Origin: Candidatus Woesearchaeota archaeon
GTDB taxonomy: Archaea > Nanobdellota > Nanobdellia > Woesearchaeales > ARS49
Direction: 5' to 3'
Length of the DNA stretch: 51,683 bases
Assembly: GCA_016188265.1 (NCBI GenBank)
Contig: JACPID010000016.1
Span: forward strand, 1-51,683
The notes beneath the pieces are model-generated. The model ran no database searches. It had not been told where the DNA came from and was given only the letters and a program-made list of their open reading frames with translations. How positions within the stretch are numbered: position 1 is the first letter of the stretch; each line of letters begins with the position of its first letter. Of the stretch, positions 1 through 7,985 are shown one piece after another. The translations under genes were made by a program, and so were the position numbers.

Positions 1-5
1 AAAAA

Positions 6-109
6 CGAGCCCTGGGGGATTTGAACCCCCGGCCATTCGGTTTCTTTTGTTAAGAAAAAACATACTTAATTAAGAGCCGAATGCTCTGACCAGGCTGAGC
101 TAAGGGCCC
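6..109 (-). tRNA. tRNA-Lys(CTT) with a 29-nt intron at 37/38 (intron 42-70)
   Basis: Reverse complement: GGGCCCT-TAGCTCAGCCTGGTCAGAGCA-TTCGG-CTCTTA-[intron]-A-CCGAA-TGGCC-GGGGG-TTCAAAT-CCCCC-AGGGCTC-G. All stems pair; relaxed BHB at the splice sites. Confidence 0.93.
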
Positions 110-308
110 ATTTAATGTTAGAAAATAAAATTCTCTTTAAAAACTTTGCAGTGTTTACTCGAAAAGAATATAAATCACTGATAAATTATTGCATTATGAA
201 TTTAGAAAACTTAACTGAACAACTAAGAAAAGCATTACCTTTGATAGAACGATTTTGTAATAAATATGGTGTTAGGTAGAAAATAAAAATTGATAGCTTT
301 TTCATAAT

Positions 309-1448
309 ATGATTGATTTGCCTGTAAGAAAAAGAATTATAACAATTTCTGGAACACCTTGTTCTGGAAAATCAACAGTTAATAAAATATTAACTAACGA
401 ACTGAATTATGCTCCTTATTCTGTAGGATCAAAAGTTAAGCAATTAGCTTTAGAACAATGCATTGAGCCTGAAACATTTTACAGAGATAATGTAATTAAT
501 ATTAATGGAAAAAGAGAATCTTTAGATGAGTATTTGGATCATTACCAAAAAAAGTTAGGTGAAACAAAAGATAGGTTTATTTTAGATTCACGTCTGGGAT
601 TTTATTTTATTCCGCAATCTTTCAGAGTATTTCTTACATGTGATTTAGAAGAAACTGCAAGAAGAGCTTATTATGCAAAAAAGAATAATCCTGCATATGC
701 AACAAAAGAATACCAAAGTATAGCAAAATCAAAACAAACATTAATTGAACGAATGGAATTTGAAAAAGAGAATTATTTTAAAAAGTATGGTATTCCTGAT
801 TTTCATCAATCATTTTATTTTGATTTATTTATTGATACAACTATTAGAAATCAAAAATCTGTTGCTGAAGAAATTCTTGAAAAATATTCTATTTATGAAC
901 AAAGAACCAGAGAAATTGAAATCTTCATAAAAGGCTTTCAAACAATGATTACAGGTGAGGTTGTTTATTGCAGCTGTCCTTTGACAGGCGGAGAAAAACT
1001 TTATGAAGTGATGGAGAAATATGGTGTTAAAGATCGTAAAGAACTTTCTACAGAAGTGTTTGAAAAAGAAGTAATGGAGTGGAATGCTGAACAAGGAAGA
1101 ATTTTCGGAGATAAAATTCAGCGAAGAACAAAATCAACAATAATTCTGCCTGTTAAAATAGGAATTTCAGGCTGGTCACAAAAAGATTACATGGATGCAT
1201 GGAAGGAAATTATTAGAACAAAAACAAAAATTACTGCCTTTGAAAAAGGATGGGAATACTCAAATGGCTCAGTAGAAGAATATTTATTATCATTAATATG
1301 GGGAAAACTTGTATATGATCATAACTACCACAAGCTAAAAAAAGAAAAAGCTTTAGAAATTGTTTCAAATGCAGTTGAAAAGATACACAATAAAGGATTT
1401 AAATGCCTTGAATTAAAATTTTTTCTTGAACAATTAAAAAGGCAATAA
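309..1448 (+). CDS. Cytidylate kinase-like P-loop domain fused to a C-terminal nucleoside 2-deoxyribosyltransferase-like (DUF4406-like) domain
   Basis: N-terminal ITISGTPCSGKST, ILDSRLGF, ...KKYGIPD...FDLFIDTT resemble archaeal-type Cmk. C-terminal YCSCPLTGG...W..II...GWEYSNGSVEEY resembles the NDT/DUF4406 pattern. Confidence 0.7.
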   Translation: MIDLPVRKRIITISGTPCSGKSTVNKILTNELNYAPYSVGSKVKQLALEQCIEPETFYRDNVININGKRESLDEYLDHYQKKLGETKDRFILDSRLGFYFIPQSFRVFLTCDLEETARRAYYAKKNNPAYATKEYQSIAKSKQTLIERMEFEKENYFKKYGIPDFHQSFYFDLFIDTTIRNQKSVAEEILEKYSIYEQRTREIEIFIKGFQTMITGEVVYCSCPLTGGEKLYEVMEKYGVKDRKELSTEVFEKEVMEWNAEQGRIFGDKIQRRTKSTIILPVKIGISGWSQKDYMDAWKEIIRTKTKITAFEKGWEYSNGSVEEYLLSLIWGKLVYDHNYHKLKKEKALEIVSNAVEKIHNKGFKCLELKFFLEQLKRQ

Positions 1449-1506
1449 GCAGGGAAAACTATATAAATAGAATAAGCCTAAACATGTTAGAAAGAGGTGA
1501 TATTAG

Positions 1507-1665
1507 ATGGCAAAGAGAAGAGCTAAAAGAGCGCCAGCAGCTAAATCCCGTGGATTAAATAGTGGACTTTGGAAGTCATTAAATGGAAATGAAGTATTGC
1601 TAGTAGGTCTTGCAGCAGTGCTTGCTGTTTTAGGAATAGTAATGATGGTTTTAAAAGCATTATAA
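1507..1665 (+). CDS. Small single-pass membrane protein, 52 aa (not in ORF track)
   Basis: GAGGTGA Shine-Dalgarno at 1494-1500 and upstream TATATAAA. Translation MAKRRAKRAPAAKSRGLNSGLWKSLNGNEVLLVGLAAVLAVLGIVMMVLKAL: basic N-terminus, C-terminal TM helix. Confidence 0.75.
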   Translation: MAKRRAKRAPAAKSRGLNSGLWKSLNGNEVLLVGLAAVLAVLGIVMMVLKAL

Positions 1666-1727
1666 GTTATTAAAGCATACAACCCCTTAATTTTTATAAA
1701 TACAAGCCTATTATTTTTTTATTTAAT

Positions 1728-2486
1728 ATGAAAGATATAATTCAGTTAATACTAAAAAGGCCTATGCTTTTTTTTTCAATAATTTTTATTGATATTGTTT
1801 TTATATTTTTGTATGGGGGCATTGTTGCATATTTTCAAGATAAAATAGCAGATCAATTTGCCTTAATGAGTCCTTCTTTAATTTCTCTTACAAAACAAGA
1901 TATTTTCTGGAATGCGCCATTTTTATTATTCACGCAACAAAATGTATGGCAGTACACAAAACAAATAATTATTCAATCAGTGCTACTTTATACTTGTATG
2001 TTGCTGTTAATAGTATTGTTTCAAGGAATGACGTGGTGGTTAAGCAATAATTTTTTTAAAAAAATTAATTTTGTCAAATTTATCAAAAAGTTTACAATCT
2101 TAAGTCTTATTTTATTTACACTTTACTCGATTTTAACAGTTGTGGATTTTTTTCTTGCTGTAAGAGAAAGGGTTGCAGAAAGATTATCAATGCCAATATC
2201 AGAACTATCGCAAACAGTTATTACAATAATTATTTTTACATTAATAATTTACAGTTTGTTTTGCTTTTCAGCTCAACGATTTGTTTTTAAAAAAGCTCCT
2301 TGGAAAAATTTATTTTTATTAGCAGGGCTTATTGCGTTTGTGTTTTTAGTATTACAAGCATTTTTATCAGTGCTAAACAATATTTCACCAGCAATATCAG
2401 TAAGTGCAGGATTTGTTTTATTATTTCCATTAATAGCTTGGGCTCGTATAAACTTGATAGAGGTTTTTTATGGTATGGACTCATAA
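1728..2486 (+). CDS. Hypothetical polytopic membrane protein
   Basis: 252 aa ORF with about six hydrophobic segments; overlaps the lgt start. Confidence 0.75.
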   Translation: MKDIIQLILKRPMLFFSIIFIDIVFIFLYGGIVAYFQDKIADQFALMSPSLISLTKQDIFWNAPFLLFTQQNVWQYTKQIIIQSVLLYTCMLLLIVLFQGMTWWLSNNFFKKINFVKFIKKFTILSLILFTLYSILTVVDFFLAVRERVAERLSMPISELSQTVITIIIFTLIIYSLFCFSAQRFVFKKAPWKNLFLLAGLIAFVFLVLQAFLSVLNNISPAISVSAGFVLLFPLIAWARINLIEVFYGMDS

Positions 2487-3231
2487 TTTAGATCAGGCAA
2501 TTTTTAGAATAGGATCACTTGAGATAAGATGGTATGGTTTAATGTATGCTTTGTCATTCTTACTTGTGTACTGGTATGTTAAAAAAAGAATTATTGAAGG
2601 TAAAACTAATTTAAAAGAAGAACATCTTGATTGGATGCTAACTTGGGGAGCAATTAGCTTAATTATTGGCGCTAGATTATTTCAAGTAGTATTTTATGAT
2701 CCTTTTTACTATTTTACACATCCTTTGGATATACTTGCTGTTTGGAAGGGCGGATTAAGTTTTTTTGGAGGGCTTACTGGATTTATTATTGCAGGTATTA
2801 TTTGTATTAAAAAGTTCAAGCTTTCTTTTCAAGATATTTCAGATCAATTCACAGTGCCTTTGGCATTAGGGCAAGGACTTGGACGACTAGGAAATTTTAT
2901 CAATGGAGAACTATACGGCATACCAACAAATCTGCCTTGGGGTATTATTTTTCCAGGAACAAATCAACCAAGGCATCCCAATCAATTATATGAATTATTT
3001 TATAATTTAATAATTTTTGGAGTTTTATGGAGTTTAAAAAATAAACCAAAATATCAAGGTAGATTGTTGGGAATTTTTTTCATATTATACTCGTTTTTCA
3101 GGTTTGTAACTGAGTTTTTAAGAGCAGATAAAGAAACAGTTATAGGATTATTATCATTAAGCCAATGGTTATGTATTCCTGTGCTGATAATTGGTGTATG
3201 GTTATTTATGCGCCAGCATAGAAGTCTTTAA
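2470..3231 (+). CDS. lgt: Prolipoprotein diacylglyceryl transferase
   Basis: Motifs IRWYGLMY, GARL, WKGGLSFFGG, LGRLGNFINGELYG, RHPNQLYE, YSFFRFVTEFLR. Confidence 0.93.
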   Translation: MVWTHNLDQAIFRIGSLEIRWYGLMYALSFLLVYWYVKKRIIEGKTNLKEEHLDWMLTWGAISLIIGARLFQVVFYDPFYYFTHPLDILAVWKGGLSFFGGLTGFIIAGIICIKKFKLSFQDISDQFTVPLALGQGLGRLGNFINGELYGIPTNLPWGIIFPGTNQPRHPNQLYELFYNLIIFGVLWSLKNKPKYQGRLLGIFFILYSFFRFVTEFLRADKETVIGLLSLSQWLCIPVLIIGVWLFMRQHRSL

Positions 3232-3258
3232 ATATAATTAATGTTAATAAACAATAAA

Positions 3259-4287
3259 ATGGGGTTGAGAAAAAGTTTTTTATTAATACTTTTATTAGTT
3301 TTATTTTTATTAATTTCATGTTCTAAAGAAACAAAAAAAGTTGATATTCCTAAAACCCCTAGTTTTGGTTTAACACAAAAACAAGGAAATATTTATGTTG
3401 TTTTTGATTTATCAGAAAACCTGCCAGAAGCAATTTCAAAAGTTGTGCTTGAACTAAATGATATTAAAGTATGGAAAGGCTCTGAAGAGTATTCTATTTC
3501 AGATAAAAAAAGCAGTATAAAAGAAAAAACACTTCTAGGATACAAATTAGTAAGCCAACAAAATTATGATGCAGTTAGTTTTCAAATCAAAGAAGTTCTT
3601 GTAACAATTGATGGTAAAGATCAGAAAGTTATTGTGCCTGTTCAAGCTATTAAAATACCTGTTTTATTTGAAGTAAAAGACAACCTGCAAACAATAATAG
3701 TGGCTAAACTTCTTTCTGAAAACTCATTTAATCGCGTTGGATCTTCAGAGCTTGCATTCTTGCCTGTTTTTGAAGTACAAGTTAGTAATGCGCAAGAGGT
3801 TGTTGTAAAAAGTGATACAACATTTGAAACAGTAGAAAAAATTCTAATTTCTAATGAAGTAGTAAGCGTTAACTTAAAAGGAGCAATAATAAGTGGAAAA
3901 GTAACACAACCTTTACTTATAGTTAAAGATGGAAGAGTTGTTGAAACAGAACTTGTTCAAGATTTACCAAACATGCCTCAATTGCTTGTTGAGAAACCTG
4001 AAAAATCAACAACAGTTGTAATGTCAGAAGATGAATTTAAAACAAGCTTATATAACGGAATGTTAAGCCCTTCACAAATAGTTCTTCCACAAGAAAATGT
4101 TCATTTAAGAGTAAAAAGCAGAGATGATGAGTATAAATTAGAAATAACTGATTTAACAGCGCCATTTATTATTCCTGCAAATGGCGACTATATTCTTAAA
4201 CTTCAGTTAAAAGAAAAAAAAGCGTATCCTGTAAAATGCCACTCGCCATGCAAAGGAAAAATACTAGGATATGTAATTGTCAAATAA
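3259..4287 (+). CDS. Putative lipoprotein (lipobox LISC) with beta-rich, possibly DUF4382-like ectodomain
   Basis: MGLRKSFLLILLLVLFLLISC signal peptide directly downstream of lgt; ORF track start at 3241 is an alternative. Confidence 0.7.
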   Translation: MGLRKSFLLILLLVLFLLISCSKETKKVDIPKTPSFGLTQKQGNIYVVFDLSENLPEAISKVVLELNDIKVWKGSEEYSISDKKSSIKEKTLLGYKLVSQQNYDAVSFQIKEVLVTIDGKDQKVIVPVQAIKIPVLFEVKDNLQTIIVAKLLSENSFNRVGSSELAFLPVFEVQVSNAQEVVVKSDTTFETVEKILISNEVVSVNLKGAIISGKVTQPLLIVKDGRVVETELVQDLPNMPQLLVEKPEKSTTVVMSEDEFKTSLYNGMLSPSQIVLPQENVHLRVKSRDDEYKLEITDLTAPFIIPANGDYILKLQLKEKKAYPVKCHSPCKGKILGYVIVK

Positions 4288-4300
4288 CATTGAGCGATTT

Positions 4301-5143
4301 TTACCAAGCAGATCTTTTAATATACTCTTGCAATATATCTTTAACTGTAATTATTCCAATTGGTTCTTGATTTTCACAAAGAACAACGCTTGTAACATTA
4401 TTATCAACCATTTTTTTAATTACTTCAGATATTTTTAAAGAACTAGCGCAAGTTACACAAGTTGGAAGCCTAGTCATTATATTGCTTAAAGGCTGTTTAT
4501 TCAGATCTTGTTTTTCACCAATGCCATAACCGCTTTTTTTTCCTTTTTGATGTGAAGCAGCTTTTGAGATGTGTACTCCTTGACATCTGGGCCATACATG
4601 AAAATGCGAATATAAATCAACATAACTAACTATTCCTGATAATTTATTATTTGTTCCAATTACAGGCGCACGATCAACATTTTTTTCCTTCATAACATTA
4701 ACTGCATATCCTATAGGAGTATTTTCTGAAAGAACCAGCAATCCTTTTTTTGTAGCTGCTTCAGCAATACTAATACCTTTAAAAAAAGAAGTTAAAGAAG
4801 GAAGAATATCAATAGCATGAACAACTCCATTGACTTTGTCTTTATCAAAAACAGGCAAAACTCTGACATCTGCAGTAACAAATAATTTTGCCATTTTTGA
4901 TTCATCATCAGAAAGCTGCAATTTAGGAACATGTTTTAAAACATGTTTTAAAGTCATTTTATCAGGGTCTAATCGTGAACGTATTAAATATTTTTTATCA
5001 GCATATCCTGCATATTTTTTTCCAGAAAATAACAAAGCATACTGCTGATTTTTTTTAAGTATAACACCCATGAATTTTGAAACTGTATCTTTTATATCAA
5101 GTGAAATAAAGCTTGTTTTCATAATATCTTTTGCTTGAGTCAT
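4301..5143 (-). CDS. CBS-domain protein (four CBS motifs)
   Basis: AKDIM, VLPVFD..VNGVV..DIL, APVI...LSGIVSYVDL, LSNIMT, PIGIITVKDIL. Confidence 0.88.
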   Translation of the reverse strand: MTQAKDIMKTSFISLDIKDTVSKFMGVILKKNQQYALLFSGKKYAGYADKKYLIRSRLDPDKMTLKHVLKHVPKLQLSDDESKMAKLFVTADVRVLPVFDKDKVNGVVHAIDILPSLTSFFKGISIAEAATKKGLLVLSENTPIGYAVNVMKEKNVDRAPVIGTNNKLSGIVSYVDLYSHFHVWPRCQGVHISKAASHQKGKKSGYGIGEKQDLNKQPLSNIMTRLPTCVTCASSLKISEVIKKMVDNNVTSVVLCENQEPIGIITVKDILQEYIKRSAW

Positions 5144-5278
5144 TCATATCACTTTTTTTTATATAGACCTTTCTGCAAAATTAATTTATAAACTTTGTGT
5201 TTTACAATGAAAGCTTATGCTTGTAAAGCAAAAAGTTTAAATATTCGGATAAGTAATTGTTTTAAGAGGGATAAGTAA

Positions 5279-5689
5279 ATGAGAGAATTTTTATCTAAAC
5301 TTAAAAAAAAATTAACAAGTCCTAGTTACGAAGATCTAGAACAAGAAGAAGGATATGTTGAAATTGATACTGATGTAAGTGAACTTAAAGCAAAAGCTGT
5401 TGTAAGGCCATTTCAAGTTGAAGAATTTGAAGATCTTAAACCAATTTTAGACTCGCTCAGGGAAGGAAAAACAATTGCCATTATTAATATAAAACCAATA
5501 AAAGATAAAGACATTGTTGAACTTAAAAGAGCAGTAAATAAACTAAAGAAAACAGCAGATGCAATTGGCGGTGAAATAGCAGGCTTTGGAGAAGATTACC
5601 TCATTGTAACTCCAGGATTTGCAAAAATTTATCGTTCTAAACAAACAAAAACAGTCGCTTCATCAGAAAATACTAATTCTCAAGAATAA
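5279..5689 (+). CDS. sepF: Cell division protein SepF (archaeal type)
   Basis: ILDSLREGKTIAIINIKP...ELKRAVNKLKK...GGEIAGFGEDYLIVTP. Confidence 0.88.
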   Translation: MREFLSKLKKKLTSPSYEDLEQEEGYVEIDTDVSELKAKAVVRPFQVEEFEDLKPILDSLREGKTIAIINIKPIKDKDIVELKRAVNKLKKTADAIGGEIAGFGEDYLIVTPGFAKIYRSKQTKTVASSENTNSQE

Positions 5690-5701
5690 AAAAACATAAT
5701 A

Positions 5702-5719
5702 TGTCAAAAACTACCTACT
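5702..5719. repeat. Fragment (copy D) of the dispersed structured repeat family
   Basis: TGTCAAAAACTACCTACT, identical to 30360-30377. Confidence 0.7.
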
Positions 5720-5751
5720 AGTGAAATCTTAGTGTTTTAGTTTTTTTTACT

Positions 5752-5839
5752 GGGGTGGTAGTCTAGCTTGGTTTAGGATACCGGTCTCGGGTAATTTCGA
5801 GAACACCGGTGATCGCAGGTTCAAATCCTGCCCATCCCA
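5752..5839 (+). tRNA. tRNA-Pro(CGG) with a 12-nt intron at 37/38 (5792-5803)
   Basis: GGGGTGG/CCATCCC acceptor stem, CCGGT/ACCGG anticodon stem, CT-CGG-G loop, GCAGG-TTCAAAT-CCTGC T arm; CTCG/CGAG BHB central helix. Confidence 0.93.
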
Positions 5840-5933
5840 TTTTTCGCTCTTTGAACCGTAAAGATTCTTTTCTTTGTTTTTACCTATGATAAACAGCTAA
5901 ATAAACTGTGAATTTTTTGAGGCAAATAGGAAG

Positions 5934-5965
5934 TTTTAAATATATTTAGGTATACTTTAGTATAC
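5934..5965 (+). promoter_or_regulatory. TATA box and palindromic operator of the RelBE-like pair
   Basis: TTTTAAATATA followed by GTATAC-TTTA-GTATAC (5950-5965) just before the antitoxin start. Confidence 0.55.
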
Positions 5966-5972
5966 GGTGATA

Positions 5973-6215
5973 ATGATGGAATCTACAACTATGAAAGTAT
6001 ATGGAAATACAAAACACCAATTAGACAAGTTTAGAGAGTATAAGAATGAAAGTTATGATGAGGTAATTAAAAAATTGATTTACATAGCTAAAAATGCAAG
6101 AAAACAACCAGAACTAAGTAGAGATGCAGTTGAGTCAATTGAAAAAGCAAGAAAAAGAATAAAATCCGGCAAATTTGTAACTGAAGAAGAAGCTGAAAAG
6201 AGGCTTGGCTTTTAA
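5973..6215 (+). CDS. Antitoxin (RelB-like)
   Basis: TTMKV...LDKFREYKNESYDEVIKKL N-terminus and GKFVTEEEAEKRLG C-terminus; TAATG coupling to the toxin. Confidence 0.8.
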   Translation: MMESTTMKVYGNTKHQLDKFREYKNESYDEVIKKLIYIAKNARKQPELSRDAVESIEKARKRIKSGKFVTEEEAEKRLGF

Positions 6216-6472
6216 TGTATAAAGTAATATTCGATTCTGAAGCGATTAATTTCTTAGAAAAAGCAGAGAAGGATATATCTAAAAGAATTTGGAGTAAAAT
6301 AATGACAACGAAAGAAAAACCGCATCGATCATTTGAGAGATTATCTGGAAGAAAAGATTACAAGTTAAGAATTGGAGATTACAGAGCAATCGCAGATATA
6401 GATGATAAAAATCAAAGAATAGAAATAACATTAATAGATCACAGAAGTAGAGTTTACAAGAGATTAAAATAA
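6215..6472 (+). CDS. RelE/ParE-family toxin
   Basis: MYKVIF...YKLRIGDYRAI...IDHRSRVYK. Confidence 0.9.
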   Translation: MYKVIFDSEAINFLEKAEKDISKRIWSKIMTTKEKPHRSFERLSGRKDYKLRIGDYRAIADIDDKNQRIEITLIDHRSRVYKRLK

Positions 6473-6678
6473 AATTTAATGAGAAGTAAAATTTTGAAAA
6501 CAAAGATTTCAACAATGCATGATTTTATTAATATTATTATATATCTTCTTTGTTATTTTAGAACTTTCAATAAGAGGAATCATTCCAGCACAAACAACAC
6601 AATTATACTAACAAACTAAAACTACAATCAGCAGATAATACAAAACAGAATTCTACAGAACAATATTGAGTTTCCCAT

Positions 6679-7275
6679 TTATTTGCTTTTGTTTCTTCCT
6701 CTTAGCTCTACTTTTTCTAATCTCTTCAAAACAATATCTGCTTTATCAAAGTGTTTTGCATATGATTTGATAATTGCGTTCCAGCAATCTTTGTAAACTA
6801 AAGAGTGTCTTGCATTAAGAGTGTTTTTCAAAAGGTGCAGATCAACTGCTTTGTCTTCTTCTTTTAATGAAAAAAAACTAAGACCGAAATCAATTAAAAA
6901 AAGATTTTTTTTATTTACAATCATGTTTGCAGTTGTTAAATCATCATGAATAATATTTTTTGAATGCAAAATTCCAACAAGTTTTCCTATATGTTCACCC
7001 CATAAAACAGGATTGTTATCAAGTTGAGATCTTAACAGTTTTCCAGGGATGAATTCCATTTCAATTTTCATTGATTTATCACACATAGAATATAATTTTG
7101 GGCTTGGAAAGTTTAAAATTGATAATTTTTCTAGAATTTTTGCTTCGCGTCTAGTCCTAAATGAGCGTAATTGGTTGTCAAGTCCAGATAATCTATATTT
7201 TTTAGAAATGCGTTCTTTTATTATTTTATTTCCTTCTTTTTTAAGAATAGCTTCAGCACCTTGAGCTATTATCAT
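6679..7275 (-). CDS. bud32: KEOPS complex kinase Bud32
   Basis: IAQGAEA, KERISKKYR, RTRREAKIL, IIHDDLTTANM, LIDFGL, EDKAVDLHLL, RGR C-terminus. Confidence 0.92.
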   Translation of the reverse strand: MIIAQGAEAILKKEGNKIIKERISKKYRLSGLDNQLRSFRTRREAKILEKLSILNFPSPKLYSMCDKSMKIEMEFIPGKLLRSQLDNNPVLWGEHIGKLVGILHSKNIIHDDLTTANMIVNKKNLFLIDFGLSFFSLKEEDKAVDLHLLKNTLNARHSLVYKDCWNAIIKSYAKHFDKADIVLKRLEKVELRGRNKSK

Positions 7276-7895
7276 GTTTCTGCTGCTTTTGCCTGTTCTG
7301 TAACAAGAGTTTTTAGTTGCTCGCTTTGAACTGATTTTTTACTTATGAGAACTTGGCGAAATTCTGAAGTTGAGAGTGGATAAGTTTTTTTGAGGTGTTG
7401 GGATAGTGATTTTTGCATATTTTTTTGAATAATTGTTTCAAAAAAATTATTTGCAGTTAGTTTTTTTGCTTCTTCTTGAACAAATGCTTGTGCTTTTTTA
7501 TTAAGTTGTGCTAGAACAATGCTTGTTGTTGGATTTTTAGTTATCAATAATAATTTTGTTCTTAAAACAACATTATCTTTTGTACAAACTAAAAATGAAA
7601 TATCAATTCTTTTTTTTCCTTTTCTTATTAATCTTTTAATTGTAGAAGGAAGAATTGTATAACTTTTGAGTTCGCAAACAACTCCATCATCAACAATTTT
7701 TTCTGCATGAAATTTTAGTTCAACACCTTGTCTTTGAGGGTCTCCTGTTAATGTAGTTAAACTTACTTTAGCTGAACGCCCCAATATTTGAGATGGATCT
7801 TCAACAAAAGTTTCTCCAATAACAGAGTTGCCCATCCATTCAGGACTAAAAAGATGTATCCATTTTTTTTTCTTCACAATTTTTGCTCTTGCCAT
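7272..7895 (-). CDS. rps3ae: 30S ribosomal protein S3Ae (eS1)
   Basis: KKKKW..L.SPE..GNSVIGET, LGR..KVSLTTLTGD, IKRLIRKGKKRID, LKKTYPL; start set to MARAK at 7895. Confidence 0.88.
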   Translation of the reverse strand: MARAKIVKKKKWIHLFSPEWMGNSVIGETFVEDPSQILGRSAKVSLTTLTGDPQRQGVELKFHAEKIVDDGVVCELKSYTILPSTIKRLIRKGKKRIDISFLVCTKDNVVLRTKLLLITKNPTTSIVLAQLNKKAQAFVQEEAKKLTANNFFETIIQKNMQKSLSQHLKKTYPLSTSEFRQVLISKKSVQSEQLKTLVTEQAKAAET

Positions 7896-7985
7896 TGTAA
7901 AACTAAGTAGCAAGGAATGATTTAAAAAGGTTGCGCTTCTTATCGATATCATTATATAATCATTGCAGTTCAATGCAGTTGGAAA

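Noticed and set aside
6480..6678. Small gene downstream of bud32
   Set aside because: The ATG at 6678 gives only 16 codons; other frames are short and lack motifs.
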